Source: a virus
Reading direction: 5' to 3' (one strand)
IMG/VR virus record: IMGVR_UViG_3300025598_000020
DNA: 64,000 nt
Part shown: one piece after another, positions 20,827-31,559 of the stretch
Position numbering within the stretch: position 1 is the stretch's first letter
How the letters are laid out: the number at the start of each line of letters is the position of its first letter
Notes under the pieces: model-generated
The model's database searches: none
What the model was told of the DNA's origin: nothing
What the model saw: only the letters and a program-made list of their open reading frames with translations
Position numbers and translations under genes: made by a program

Positions 20827-22205
20827 ACTTTAAATCCATCAAATGATTTCTTACCAGGTTTCTTTACGTTGACCGCTGCATCAACAATACCAGCATCAAC
20901 AAGACCTTCTTGGCCAGATTGTTCAACGTCATAGAGTTTCATCTTTGCTCTGTCAACACCAACAGTGAATCTTTTGTACATCGTAGGATCATTGTAACGA
21001 TTCTTCAATTGTTTCACCATGATTTGACCAAGTTCTTGCAAGTCTTCGGATGTAATCAAAGCAAACATCAAGTCAGCGGTAGCGGGCAAACCAAAAGACT
21101 CACTTGTGTCTTCCAGTCCGGGATCGGAACTGGTAAAGCCTGAACGTGTTGTTTGTGTAGCAGATACAATTGGAACTCCGTATTCAACGGCAAGGCCACG
21201 CAGTTCTTCTGCAATTGACTTAACGTAGGTGTAGGAGTTGATGTTTGCTCCGGCTTTAATGCGAGAACTACAGCATATATTAAGATAATCAATAAAGATA
21301 ATGTCAGGACGAAACGATTTTTTAAGATTGAGTTCATTCAATAAAGACCTAAAGTGTGTTGCGGATGCGGATGCAGTTGGATACTCTTTGATGATTAGTT
21401 TACCTGTAGTCTTTGCTTTTAGTTTTGCAACTTTCTTGTCATACATGTCTTTCGAAAGACTTGTCAAATCATCCAACGTAACATTAAGGAGATTTGCATC
21501 AATGCGTTCGGCAATCTTTTCTTCAGCCATCTCCATTGTGATGTAGAGAACATTACGACCCTGAGACATAGCACCAGCGGCAACGTGACACATAAAAAGA
21601 GACTTACCGACACCAGTACCAGCCAGAGCGATATTGAGAGTTTTACCAGGTAATCCACCTTTTGTAATCTTGTTGAAGTAATCCAAGTCGAACGGGATTC
21701 GTTCTTCGTGTCTGTGGTAGAATTCATATCGTTCATCACTGTTCTCCAAATAATCGTGGCCAACTGAGGTATCAAAAGTTACGGCTAAAGCGTCTGATAG
21801 TATTTTGGGAATCTGACCTTTGTCGTGCGTTTTGTCTTTTCCTTCAAGAATAGAAATGCTCCCCAATACTGCCTGATAGATGGCCTTTTCTTGACAGAAT
21901 TGTTCGGTTTTGTCAGTAAGCCATTGAATTTGGGATTTCTCTCCTTTAGTTTTCTCAATTTCTTGGATAGTAGTTTGACACTTTTCCACTTCTGCATCTG
22001 TGAGATTTCGCCTTTCTTGGACGGCCAATACAAGCGCTTCAGGCGATGGTGCATTATTGTAAGTTTCCGTGAATGATTTAATTTCATCATAAATTAGTCT
22101 TTCTGCTCGGTCGGTGAAGTATTCACTCTTTAAAAAAGGAAGAACTTTTCTCAGGTATTCATCTGAGTAAATCAGGTTCTTCAGTATCGTTTGTTCTAGT
22201 TTCAT
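20823..22205 (-). CDS. gp41: Replicative DnaB-like helicase
   Basis: AGTGVGKS, IDYLN, SATQT, KNRY; start set at MKLEQ. Confidence 0.95.
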   Translation of the reverse strand: MKLEQTILKNLIYSDEYLRKVLPFLKSEYFTDRAERLIYDEIKSFTETYNNAPSPEALVLAVQERRNLTDAEVEKCQTTIQEIEKTKGEKSQIQWLTDKTEQFCQEKAIYQAVLGSISILEGKDKTHDKGQIPKILSDALAVTFDTSVGHDYLENSDERYEFYHRHEERIPFDLDYFNKITKGGLPGKTLNIALAGTGVGKSLFMCHVAAGAMSQGRNVLYITMEMAEEKIAERIDANLLNVTLDDLTSLSKDMYDKKVAKLKAKTTGKLIIKEYPTASASATHFRSLLNELNLKKSFRPDIIFIDYLNICCSSRIKAGANINSYTYVKSIAEELRGLAVEYGVPIVSATQTTRSGFTSSDPGLEDTSESFGLPATADLMFALITSEDLQELGQIMVKQLKNRYNDPTMYKRFTVGVDRAKMKLYDVEQSGQEGLVDAGIVDAAVNVKKPGKKSFDGFKV

Positions 22206-22485
22206 CAATAATATCCCCATCAACATTGTCACTCATCAATTCAACCAACATATCACCAAGATAGTTTTTGAATTTGGCATCATCCATAAGTTTTTTAGGC
22301 TTCACGATTGGTGATTCTAACACATCAAAAGCGAAATGTAAATGGGGCCCATCAACTTCTTCCGTTATTTTTACTTTACCATATTTGAACACCACATCCT
22401 TATAACTACCGTTAAGTAGTTTGATGTGGGTTATAGTCTCATCACCCTTAGGATAAATGAAACAGTAATCCACACCTTCTATCAT
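22159..22485 (-). CDS. Small acidic protein at the T4 gene 40 position
   Basis: Synteny between uvsX and gp41. Confidence 0.55.
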   Translation of the reverse strand: MIEGVDYCFIYPKGDETITHIKLLNGSYKDVVFKYGKVKITEEVDGPHLHFAFDVLESPIVKPKKLMDDAKFKNYLGDMLVELMSDNVDGDIIDETRTNDTEEPDLLR

Positions 22486-23516
22486 TCTTCTTCCTGCATG
22501 ATGCTGCCAGTAGCAACACCATATTTGTTTGAAACATATTCTTGGAATGTTTGGTCTGCCAAGATTGAAGTCCAGAACTCTGATGTATTGGTGTCTTTTT
22601 CACGGTATTTCTTTTCTTCAACTTCACCAGTTTCAGAATTTACTTTGCTGTACCAACCATTACTTGGTTTTACCACATGTTTGGATTCGAGAGCGATATC
22701 CAATAGGCCGCTCCACTTGCTAATGCCACCGTCAAAAGATACTGAAACAGGGATTTTAGATTTTTCTTTGACATAACGGGACTTTTCTACATTGATAATG
22801 AAGTTGTAACCAGTGATTTCGGTTCCCTCTTTTTCTTGCTGGCGACCAAGAATAAAAATGTTATCGGCAGAGTAATATGAACCTGTGCCACCACCAACGA
22901 TTGCTTTAGGGAACATACCAATTTCCATGTAAGTGTGATTCACTACAATCATTGGAATATCTTTCAAAGACAAGTGTGGTGTCACCATACGGAACAAACT
23001 CTTGACTTGTTTTGCTCTTGACATATCAGCCACAGACTTTTCAGATAATGCATCTTCAACTTCTTTCTTGGATGCCAAGTTGCCAATAGAATCAATAACA
23101 ATGATTAGGTGTTCACCACGTTCCAATTCTGTCAGTTGTTTCATTACGTCAAACTTCAACTGTTCGATATCAGTAAGTGGAGTATGAAGCACCCTATCAG
23201 TGTCAATACCAAAAGAATCGAAATAGGATTGAGGAGTACCAAACTCAGAATCATAGAAAAGCAGTGCAGCATCAGGATATTTGTCCATGTAAGATTTGGC
23301 CATCAATAATGAAAAAGCAGTCTTAAAATGTTTCGATGGGCCAGCCCACATTGTAAGACCTGGTGTTAAACCGCCATCCAACTTTCCAGATAAAGCAATA
23401 TTGATTGCCGGTACTGCGGTTGCAATCATATCTTTCTGTGTGAAGAACTTTGATTTGGATAGAATAGCAGAATCTTTAATGCTACTATTCTTTTTGATTT
23501 TGTCTAATATACTCAT
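22482..23516 (-). CDS. uvsX: RecA-like recombinase
   Basis: GPSKHFKT, YDSEFG, IDSIGNLAS, GGGTG. Confidence 0.97.
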   Translation of the reverse strand: MSILDKIKKNSSIKDSAILSKSKFFTQKDMIATAVPAINIALSGKLDGGLTPGLTMWAGPSKHFKTAFSLLMAKSYMDKYPDAALLFYDSEFGTPQSYFDSFGIDTDRVLHTPLTDIEQLKFDVMKQLTELERGEHLIIVIDSIGNLASKKEVEDALSEKSVADMSRAKQVKSLFRMVTPHLSLKDIPMIVVNHTYMEIGMFPKAIVGGGTGSYYSADNIFILGRQQEKEGTEITGYNFIINVEKSRYVKEKSKIPVSVSFDGGISKWSGLLDIALESKHVVKPSNGWYSKVNSETGEVEEKKYREKDTNTSEFWTSILADQTFQEYVSNKYGVATGSIMQEEE

Positions 23517-23524
23517 AGTGTTCC

Positions 23525-26071
23525 TTAGTTAAAAAAGTCATCAAGTGTGCTTTGCTTTTCAGTGGTCCAACCGATACAGTCTAGGATAACTTTAATCGGT
23601 TCCACAAAAGTCTTGTCGAATTGTGTATCATAATCGATAAATTTGGTAATGTCAAATTCTTTTGGCAACCGAGAAGGATAAGAGATAACGGTATCTTTGA
23701 AAGGATTGGGCTTCTTCAGATAGGAAAACTTAATCTTCTCACCTTCTTGAATTTTGGGATACTTCTTTGTGAGACCCATTTTTTCCAAATTGTGATTATA
23801 AATGATTGCACCTTTCACATGGATTGGTGTACCCATTTTATATAGAGTGACTGCATCCGCATACTTTGAAAGTCCGTTAATACCACGTGGGAAAGATACC
23901 TCTTCAACAGGCAGATTCTTAAATTCTTCACGGAACTCCTGAATGAACTTGTGCATATCTTCTTCTGTGCCGGCAATCATGATGTTGATAGATTCTTTCA
24001 TCTTTGTGCGAACTGCGGCAGGAGTTGAAGATTTAATCATTTCAAGACCCATAACTTTTAAGTCTGGTTCATTGTAACGAACACCTTCATTGTCATACAC
24101 ATTCATGATATAACGTTTCTTGGCTGTCCAGATACCTTTGTCTGCCAGACCTTCACGTTTCATTTGCATCTTTTGTGCATATGCGTTTACATAAGATGCC
24201 AATTCTTGATACGACTTGTCAATGAACGGTTGAATCTTTTGTTCACAAACACGATCCATGAAATCAATCACTTTAGTCTTTGGAAGTCCAACAGTACCGT
24301 CTGCACCATAAACACTATTCACCAAAGGACCAAGTTTCATATAGATTGAATCTGTGTCGGACGCAATCACATAATCCACATCAGAAGTCTTTAGAATCTT
24401 GTTCATGTATTCGTTCAGTTTGTTCTCAATCCAACGAATGCTTAATTTCCCAGCAGAAGTAACGCCAAGTGCCATGCGTAAATCGTAGAAACGAAAATAC
24501 TGAGAACCCAAAGCACCATAAGCAGAGTTAAGTGATACTTTCTTGGCCAATTGAAGATTGTTAAACCTTGCAATTCGCTTTTCAATGTCATACTTTTTGG
24601 TTGAGTCTTTTTCATTCTCATACTCCTGCTTTGCGACCAACATCATCTTTTTGAACTTCTTACGGTCTTCATACATTTCTGCCATCATCTTAGGCAAGAA
24701 ACCTTGGAAGTCTGTACGGAAGAATTGACCGTTAGGTGTCATGGTAATTTTATCACCAATATTTGATAGGTTAATCGACTTAGTGAGCAACTTATCAACG
24801 GTTACACCTTGTGATAGAATCTCACGCATTTCATCTGTATAGTCTTCTGGCTCAATCAATGTTTCAGGACTGATATTGTATTGCATCATCAAGTGAGGAT
24901 ACAAACTGTTCAAGTCAAATGATGCAACCCATTCATGTAAACCAACTTGTGGGTCTTTAACATAAGCGCCTTCAAACATACCATCTTTATCTTGTACTTC
25001 CCGTGGTGGCACAACGATATCATCTTGCATCAGACGGTTGTAAGTCAAAGCATCCCACATACGAGTTTGTGCAAACACATCTTCATAGTTGCACTTGGTG
25101 TCATATGCAAGAGTTAGAGCCAACTCCAACAATTTCAACTTATCTTCCAGACGGATAATCAACTCAACGTCTTTGATGTTATATTCAATAAACTTTTGGA
25201 AATTCAAACGATACAAAGCGTGTAGGTTATCAAATTCATCATATGACAATTTGCTTTCACCAATTTCTGCGTTTGCAATAGCATCCAAACGATAAGACTC
25301 CTGAGATTTACCGTCAGGAGCATACCATTTGTATAGTTCGATGTAGTCAAGTGATGCAACACCCATGATATCGTATGCAATCATAGAACGACCATTGATA
25401 ATGGTGTTTCGTTCACCGATGTATTTCCATGGAGACAACAACTTGGCTTCATCTTGGCCAAGAATCTTACGGAAACGATTAATCAAATATGGAATATCAA
25501 AGAACTTGGTGTTCCAGCCGGTCAAAACATCTGGTGTATCATTGACCCAATGTTGAATGAATTTCTTGCAAAGTGTCCACTCATCTTTACATTTGATATA
25601 GATTTCTTCACCTTGAACTTGGTAATCACCACAGCCAAAGACGAGTGTCATACCATTTAAATATTTCAAACAGATTGCAGTGATAGGTTCGTTAGCCAGA
25701 TATGGATCAGGGAAACCATTCTCAGAACCGACTTCAATATCGATTACGCCGATACGAATGTGATCCTGGTCCCAATCAACCATGTCGGAATGCTGTTCAC
25801 CAATGAATGCATACTCATATCTGGTGTTTCCATAGACCTTAGGTCCACCAGATACACCATCAAACTTTTTGATGTATTCTCTTGCTTCTTTGATATCATC
25901 AAACTTCTTTTGTAGAAGCGGAGTACCGTCTAGAGATTTAAGTTTACCGTTTTTGTGTTGAATGTAGAGAGATGGTTGGTAATCGATGCGTTGTTTCACA
26001 CGTTTACCATTCATAACGCCTCGGTAAAGGATCGCATTACCGAAGCATTGTACATTAGTATAAAAATTCAT
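23525..26071 (-). CDS. gp43: Family B DNA polymerase
   Basis: DIEV exonuclease, SFDLNSLYP, KVSLNSAYG, DTDS. Confidence 0.98.
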   Translation of the reverse strand: MNFYTNVQCFGNAILYRGVMNGKRVKQRIDYQPSLYIQHKNGKLKSLDGTPLLQKKFDDIKEAREYIKKFDGVSGGPKVYGNTRYEYAFIGEQHSDMVDWDQDHIRIGVIDIEVGSENGFPDPYLANEPITAICLKYLNGMTLVFGCGDYQVQGEEIYIKCKDEWTLCKKFIQHWVNDTPDVLTGWNTKFFDIPYLINRFRKILGQDEAKLLSPWKYIGERNTIINGRSMIAYDIMGVASLDYIELYKWYAPDGKSQESYRLDAIANAEIGESKLSYDEFDNLHALYRLNFQKFIEYNIKDVELIIRLEDKLKLLELALTLAYDTKCNYEDVFAQTRMWDALTYNRLMQDDIVVPPREVQDKDGMFEGAYVKDPQVGLHEWVASFDLNSLYPHLMMQYNISPETLIEPEDYTDEMREILSQGVTVDKLLTKSINLSNIGDKITMTPNGQFFRTDFQGFLPKMMAEMYEDRKKFKKMMLVAKQEYENEKDSTKKYDIEKRIARFNNLQLAKKVSLNSAYGALGSQYFRFYDLRMALGVTSAGKLSIRWIENKLNEYMNKILKTSDVDYVIASDTDSIYMKLGPLVNSVYGADGTVGLPKTKVIDFMDRVCEQKIQPFIDKSYQELASYVNAYAQKMQMKREGLADKGIWTAKKRYIMNVYDNEGVRYNEPDLKVMGLEMIKSSTPAAVRTKMKESINIMIAGTEEDMHKFIQEFREEFKNLPVEEVSFPRGINGLSKYADAVTLYKMGTPIHVKGAIIYNHNLEKMGLTKKYPKIQEGEKIKFSYLKKPNPFKDTVISYPSRLPKEFDITKFIDYDTQFDKTFVEPIKVILDCIGWTTEKQSTLDDFFN

Positions 26072-26376
26072 TAGACAATTAGTTGTTTATTAGGGAGAAC
26101 GATGCCGGCACCAAAAACTTGTTTGTAATTGGTGATAAAGTCTTCGGCTGGCACATAGTAGTACACAATATGCTTTTTGGCAAGCGTAATTGTGGAACCT
26201 TTAACTTGTTCCGCATGTAAAGGAAATGGAGCAAAACCAACATTTGGTTGGCCAGACGCAGAACGAACAACAGCAATTCCAACAGGATTTTCAAGAACAA
26301 ATTCAGTTTCAGATTCGGTTTGAACCTCGGCAAGTACATCTTCGCCAGTAATAAGTTTTAGTGCAATAATTTCCAT
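26071..26376 (-). CDS. Small hypothetical protein (Sm-like fold possible)
   Basis: LKLITGEDVLAE motif; start reset to MEIIALK. Confidence 0.7.
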   Translation of the reverse strand: MEIIALKLITGEDVLAEVQTESETEFVLENPVGIAVVRSASGQPNVGFAPFPLHAEQVKGSTITLAKKHIVYYYVPAEDFITNYKQVFGAGIVLPNKQLIV

Positions 26377-26390
26377 GACAAACCTTTTCG

Positions 26391-26398
26391 TATAAATA
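26391..26398 (+). promoter_or_regulatory. T4-type late promoter driving the plus-strand cassette
   Basis: Exact TATAAATA 94 nt upstream of ATG 26492. Confidence 0.7.
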
Positions 26399-26491
26399 AT
26401 AGGGTAAGCGATTATATATGAATTCAGTTGAGTAGGCAACCTACTTGTGTCATTTTTGCCATTATTCCACAAAAATAAAGAAGGAAATGAA

Positions 26492-27910
26492 ATGAATTTC
26501 AAAAAACTGCTTGCGGCCTCTATACTATCAGCATTTAGTATTGCTTCTATTGCCGCTGACCCACTAATCAATCAATCAGCTAGTTTAACTGGTGGTGCTT
26601 ATAGTTCATCTTCACTTGTTGATACTAATAGTACCAGTGCCAGTACTTCTACTGTTAATACAAATAACAACAGTACGTCAGCCAGTACTGCAACCAGTAC
26701 CAGTACCGTAAATTCTACCAGTACTAATACAAACAACAACATTAATAGTGGCACTATCACTTATAACAATAATAACAATAACGTTCAAAGTGGTTCTGTG
26801 ACCAACAATAATGTCAATACCAACAACGGTACAATGACATATAACAACAATAACACAATGAGTGGTGGTGTTACATATACCAACAATAACATTCAAAGTG
26901 GTACTGTTACAAATAATAATAACAATGTTAATACCAATACAAGTACTGCAACCAATACAAACAACAATAATAATGTAAGTACAAGTGCAAGTACCTCTAC
27001 CAATGTTAATACAAATAACAATGTAAACAGCGGTACTATGACATACAATAACAATAATGTCAATACAAGTACAGTTAACAATACTGGTACTATGACATAT
27101 AATAACAACAATGTCAATGCTACTACAAGTACCAATACAAACACTAACAATAACGTTAATACAAGTGCAAGTACCAGCAATAACGTAAACACAAATAATA
27201 ATGTTAATAGTGGTACTATGACATATAACAATAACAATGTAAGCACAAGTACAAGTACGAATACCAATTATAATAATAACGTGAGTACAAGTACCAGCAA
27301 CAATACAAATAATAATAACAATGTGAATACAAGTACAAGTACTAGCAGCAATACCAACGTAAACACAAATAACAACGTGAATACTGGCACAATGACTTAC
27401 AATAATAACAATGTGAGTGCAAGCACAAGTAATAATAACAATGTTAACCAAAACAATAACACAAACACTAGCACAAGTTCAAACAACAATGTCAATCAAA
27501 ATATCCAAAGTGGTACATTGACTAACAATAATAATAACTCAAATATTTCTAAGATTGACCAAACAATTCATCAACCACCTCCAACAGCTGTTGCACCTGC
27601 AATGATGTCAGTTGGTAGTGACCTTTGCGTTACTGGTGTTAGTGGTGGAACACAAACTCAAGTATTTGGTTTAAGTTTAGGTGGCACAATGCGTGATGGT
27701 AATTGCGAACGCTTGAAACTATCTAAAACATTATTTGATATGGGTATGAAAGTGGCCGCAGTAGCTACTATGTGTCAAGACCGCCGTGTATTTGATGCTA
27801 TGTTACAAGCAGGAACACCTTGCCCATATGAAGGCAAAATTGGTGACCAAGCAAGAGAAGAATGGGAAGCACATCCAGAAAAGGTTCCAACAATTGGTCT
27901 AAAGGACTAA
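26492..27910 (+). CDS. Secreted Asn/Thr/Ser-repeat protein with Cys-containing C-terminal domain
   Basis: Signal peptide MNFKKLLAASILSAFSIASIA; AAGGA RBS; GTMTYNNNN repeats; 4-Cys C-terminal domain. Confidence 0.85.
   Translation: MNFKKLLAASILSAFSIASIAADPLINQSASLTGGAYSSSSLVDTNSTSASTSTVNTNNNSTSASTATSTSTVNSTSTNTNNNINSGTITYNNNNNNVQSGSVTNNNVNTNNGTMTYNNNNTMSGGVTYTNNNIQSGTVTNNNNNVNTNTSTATNTNNNNNVSTSASTSTNVNTNNNVNSGTMTYNNNNVNTSTVNNTGTMTYNNNNVNATTSTNTNTNNNVNTSASTSNNVNTNNNVNSGTMTYNNNNVSTSTSTNTNYNNNVSTSTSNNTNNNNNVNTSTSTSSNTNVNTNNNVNTGTMTYNNNNVSASTSNNNNVNQNNNTNTSTSSNNNVNQNIQSGTLTNNNNNSNISKIDQTIHQPPPTAVAPAMMSVGSDLCVTGVSGGTQTQVFGLSLGGTMRDGNCERLKLSKTLFDMGMKVAAVATMCQDRRVFDAMLQAGTPCPYEGKIGDQAREEWEAHPEKVPTIGLKD
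26620..27545 (+). repeat. Coding low-complexity repeat (Asn runs, xGT(M/I/V)TYNNNN units)
   Basis: AAC/AAT-rich degenerate repeats; the unit recurs at least 6 times. Confidence 0.9.
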
Positions 27911-27911
27911 A

Positions 27912-30533
27912 ATGAAAAGGTTAGTCCTTTTTGTTTTGTTGATGGTGGCAAGCATAGTCTTTGCCCAAGATGCGGCCACTATAAATGCAACCAGTGGTGC
28001 ACTTAGTGTAACAAGTTCTGGGAATGTGCTCAACTTGGGTGGTGGTTTGCCATGGAACAATACTGTTACTGGTGCAGCAGGTGGTTATAGTGGCGGTTAC
28101 ACACCTGCTTATAATCCTAGTACAGGTAATATTATTTTTGGATATACCACACAAACTGTTAGTCAAACAGTAGCAATCAACCAAGCATTAGCGAGTGCAG
28201 GTACAGGCATTCAACTGTCTGGATATAGTTATTCATGGGGTATCAATAATGAATTATCCAACGGTGGAGGTAATAGAGGTACGCTTTCAGGTAATGTTTC
28301 GTTGATTGGAACAAGTGGTAATACGCTTGAAAGTTACAACTATAATTACAGTCAAGTAAACACACAAACCGGAACTTTTCAACAATTTTCTGGCACTCAA
28401 ATGTTTTCCAATCAATACGATTTGAGCCAAGCTAGTAAAATAATTGTTAGTTTTACGGGTAAAGACCAAAACTTTTGGGCAGGTTATTATGGTCCAAGAG
28501 TTCATGTGAACTCATTTGATTTATTGTACTCAGTAAACCCATGTACTGCAAATCCTGCATATAGTCCTAGTTGTTCTGGATTTAGTAGCCTTCTTACAAG
28601 TGCTAATTTAGTTCCTAATCCTACTGCGGTTGCTACACCAAATAATCCAGTAAGTAATTCTTTTGCTATTTCAACTGCATTGTCTAATAGTGGTTCCGGT
28701 TTATCACTGTATGGTATTAACTATGGATTTACATACAACTTACCCACAACTGCATCAACAGGTCTTGTTAGTGTGGCAATAGAAGGTGGTAGCACAAGAG
28801 GTATTGGAGGTACAACATACCAATTAAATGGTCCATCTCAAGGTGCACAGATTGCCAGTTATCAATTGTTAACACCATCAGCAGTTAATACAAATTCATT
28901 AGGCAATTTTAACTTTAGCGCAAGTGTACAAGGCACAGGTTCATCTATTTACAATATGAATGCGAGTTTGATTGTTATGCCTGATGCATGTACAACAAAT
29001 CCATTAAGTAGTACAAGTTGCACTGGTTATGCTGCAGCATATGCTAAACAATCAACTCAAAATGCAATTAATGCGGCAACTGCGGCCGCAACAAATAATA
29101 CATCAACAACAGTTGCAGCCGCATCAGTTGCACCTGCACCACCTCCAGCGGCTACACCTCCTCCACCGCCACCTAATTCAGGTTCAAATGTTGTGAATGA
29201 CACTAATCCAGTTACAACTTCTGCAACAAGTGGTGCACCAATTGGTTCTGTAAGTATTGCAGCCAATGTTGTTTCAGCACCAGCGCCTCCTGCTGCGGCA
29301 AGTCCTCCGCCACCAGCATCAAACAACTCACCAAACTCAAATGGTTCTAATGCACAAAATTCACCTGCATCAGGTGGAGGTAATGCTGGTCCAGCACCGG
29401 CAGCAGGTCCTGCACCAGCAGGAGGACCAGTAACTGCATCAGCAGGTCCATCGGGTGGTTCAAATAAAGAATCTACATCAGGTACCAGTATAGGTTTATC
29501 AGTTGTTGCAAAAAATCAACAACAAAACCAAGCAGTAGCAATGCAAGTTGCTGCAGCTGCAACAGCACAAGCACAACAAGCCGGTACACAAGCACAACAA
29601 ACTGCACTTAGTGTTGCAGCTTCCGCAACAGCAAACTCGGTAACAGCTGCACAATCAGCAGTGAAAAGTGGACCTAGTTCTCCTTCTGGTTCAAATTCAA
29701 CAACAAGTAACTCAAACAATTCCAGTAGTCAAGGTTTATCAGCTAACTCAACAGCAATTGCTGCAGCAGGTCCTACTACAACAACATCTAGTCAAAAACA
29801 AGACCAGTCTGGTTCATCAAGTTCAACTACACAAACAATAACAACACAAGCATCCACTATTTCTAATCAAGTAATATCATCAACAACAGGTACAACAGTT
29901 GCAATGATATCACCATCCCAAACACAAACTGTTACTAATACTGCACCACCCGTCAATAATACACCACAAAATACACAATCTGCTGCAGCAATCCAACAAA
30001 ATGTTACAAACAATACAGCGGTTCAACAATATACTACAACAAATCAATTGTATAGTTTATTGCCGCCTGCACAACCAACAGTTCAACCATATACAGCACC
30101 TACTACAACTTTTGATGTAGCTCTAACAACACCTCCACCTACATATTATCAACCACAGCAAAGTGTGACACAAAGCACAAGTACCGTAGCACTATTAACA
30201 CCTACACAAGTATTGGACAGATTTGGTCCAATAAATCAAGTCTTGAATGATAAAGTTGTTGTACCATCAACGAATACAACAGTAAACACGGGACCAGTAG
30301 TTAATAAGAATGCAGAAAACAACGAAGCTGCTGGTGGCGTTGATATTAACAAAATGGCCAAAACGCCAACAGGATACGGAAGTTATTTAACTCTTGCATT
30401 AAAAGATGCATCATTTTATGCACCTAAAGAAGTGTATAGAAATCAAAGAACTGTTGATAATGTAAGAGCATTCAGGTCATTGGCTAACGACAACAAACAC
30501 CGTGAAATGGTGGATTTACAGTACGTAAAATAA
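27912..30533 (+). CDS. Large secreted protein with globular N-terminal region and Ser/Thr/Ala/Pro/Gln-rich stalk
   Basis: Signal peptide MKRLVLFVLLMVASIVFA; two CxxNPxxSxSCxG motifs; long mucin-like region. Confidence 0.85.
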   Translation: MKRLVLFVLLMVASIVFAQDAATINATSGALSVTSSGNVLNLGGGLPWNNTVTGAAGGYSGGYTPAYNPSTGNIIFGYTTQTVSQTVAINQALASAGTGIQLSGYSYSWGINNELSNGGGNRGTLSGNVSLIGTSGNTLESYNYNYSQVNTQTGTFQQFSGTQMFSNQYDLSQASKIIVSFTGKDQNFWAGYYGPRVHVNSFDLLYSVNPCTANPAYSPSCSGFSSLLTSANLVPNPTAVATPNNPVSNSFAISTALSNSGSGLSLYGINYGFTYNLPTTASTGLVSVAIEGGSTRGIGGTTYQLNGPSQGAQIASYQLLTPSAVNTNSLGNFNFSASVQGTGSSIYNMNASLIVMPDACTTNPLSSTSCTGYAAAYAKQSTQNAINAATAAATNNTSTTVAAASVAPAPPPAATPPPPPPNSGSNVVNDTNPVTTSATSGAPIGSVSIAANVVSAPAPPAAASPPPPASNNSPNSNGSNAQNSPASGGGNAGPAPAAGPAPAGGPVTASAGPSGGSNKESTSGTSIGLSVVAKNQQQNQAVAMQVAAAATAQAQQAGTQAQQTALSVAASATANSVTAAQSAVKSGPSSPSGSNSTTSNSNNSSSQGLSANSTAIAAAGPTTTTSSQKQDQSGSSSSTTQTITTQASTISNQVISSTTGTTVAMISPSQTQTVTNTAPPVNNTPQNTQSAAAIQQNVTNNTAVQQYTTTNQLYSLLPPAQPTVQPYTAPTTTFDVALTTPPPTYYQPQQSVTQSTSTVALLTPTQVLDRFGPINQVLNDKVVVPSTNTTVNTGPVVNKNAENNEAAGGVDINKMAKTPTGYGSYLTLALKDASFYAPKEVYRNQRTVDNVRAFRSLANDNKHREMVDLQYVK

Positions 30534-30543
30534 GGAGACTAAA

Positions 30544-31164
30544 ATGTCAGAAGAAATTAAAAACGTTAACGCAAAAATTGATGAGGCAGAAGCTGCAGTC
30601 AAAAAGTATGCAAGTAAAGACACCGTTATCAGCATCGGTGGTTATGAATTCACACCAGCAAAACTGATGGTTGCATTCACACTTGCATCTTCATTGCTTG
30701 GTGGTTTGTATGGTTGCTTTGAAGTCTATAAAGACTACATTGGCATGAAGAAAAAGATTGCTGAATATACTGCACCAGACCTATCTGGTTTTGATAAACG
30801 ATTAGCAGTTATTGAAGAAAACAGCCAAAAGTCTAGTGACTATACCCGTGATATCAAAGTTGATTTGAAGAACGATATTCGCCGTAATGAATCAGTTACT
30901 GAACAAGTTGAACGTAGTGTTAAACAGGCTCAACGTGAAACAGAACAAGAAATGCGTCAAGCACGTAAAGATGTACATGAAGATTTGGAAAAAGCACGTA
31001 CAGAAGTGAATGCCATCCGTAAAGAAATGGCTGATGCTCGTAGAGAAATCTCTACAGACTTGAATACAACCAAAAAAGAAATTAATAAAGAAGTGGAAAC
31101 ACTAAAGAGAGAAGTTGACGCCAAGATTCAAAAGGCCGTGGACAATCCTTTGGCCAACAAGTAA
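30544..31164 (+). CDS. Membrane-anchored coiled-coil protein
   Basis: One TM segment (LMVAFTLASSLLGGLYGCF) then heptad-rich helix; AAGGAG RBS. Confidence 0.8.
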   Translation: MSEEIKNVNAKIDEAEAAVKKYASKDTVISIGGYEFTPAKLMVAFTLASSLLGGLYGCFEVYKDYIGMKKKIAEYTAPDLSGFDKRLAVIEENSQKSSDYTRDIKVDLKNDIRRNESVTEQVERSVKQAQRETEQEMRQARKDVHEDLEKARTEVNAIRKEMADARREISTDLNTTKKEINKEVETLKREVDAKIQKAVDNPLANK

Positions 31165-31165
31165 T

Positions 31166-31384
31166 TTATACTACTGTTGCAGATAAACTGGCAGGAACAT
31201 CAATAGAGACTGTTCCTACAGGATGACGTTCATGTTTGTGTTCGCCATTCTCATCAAAGATTCTGCAATGTGCATCTGGATGTTTTTCAATAAAAGCGAT
31301 TGCGGCTTCTAGCGAATCAATGAAATGGTTTTTACTTTCAAAAATACCATTAATCACTCTTTGAATTTTTACCATGTGTGCCAT
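31166..31384 (-). CDS. Small hypothetical protein with C-terminal VSIDVPASL motif
   Basis: AAGGA RBS; 72 aa. Confidence 0.7.
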   Translation of the reverse strand: MAHMVKIQRVINGIFESKNHFIDSLEAAIAFIEKHPDAHCRIFDENGEHKHERHPVGTVSIDVPASLSATVV

Positions 31385-31400
31385 ATACTATCCTTTAAAT

Positions 31401-31474
31401 TGGAGCGGGATAGCGGAATCGAACCGCTGACTAAAACTTGGAAGGATTTCGTTTTACCATTAAACTAATCCCGC
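31401..31474 (-). tRNA. tRNA-Gly(TCC)
   Basis: Cloverleaf, U73, encoded CCA. Confidence 0.9.
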
Positions 31475-31479
31475 ATTAT

Positions 31480-31555
31480 TGGTTGCGTGGGGATGGATTC
31501 GCACCATCGACTTCCGGCTTATGAGGCCGGCACTCTACTACTGAGTTACCCCGCA
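31480..31555 (-). tRNA. tRNA-Met/Ile2(CAT), atypical
   Basis: CCGGC-CTCATAA-GCCGG; T-loop TGCGAAT; bulged A in acceptor stem. Confidence 0.8.
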
Positions 31556-31559
31556 ATAC

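Noticed and set aside
23525-26071. Intron or intein in the polymerase or other core genes
   Set aside because: gp43, gp41, uvsX, gp20 and gp23 are uninterrupted and of normal length; the HNH and GIY-YIG genes are free-standing.
26678-27451. Minus-strand Val/Ile/Cys-rich ORFs (also the + ORFs at 53506-53957)
   Set aside because: Antisense shadows of low-complexity coding sequence.
26620-27545. CRISPR array or non-coding tandem repeat
   Set aside because: Repeats are degenerate, in frame and vary at third codon positions; no repeat-spacer pattern.
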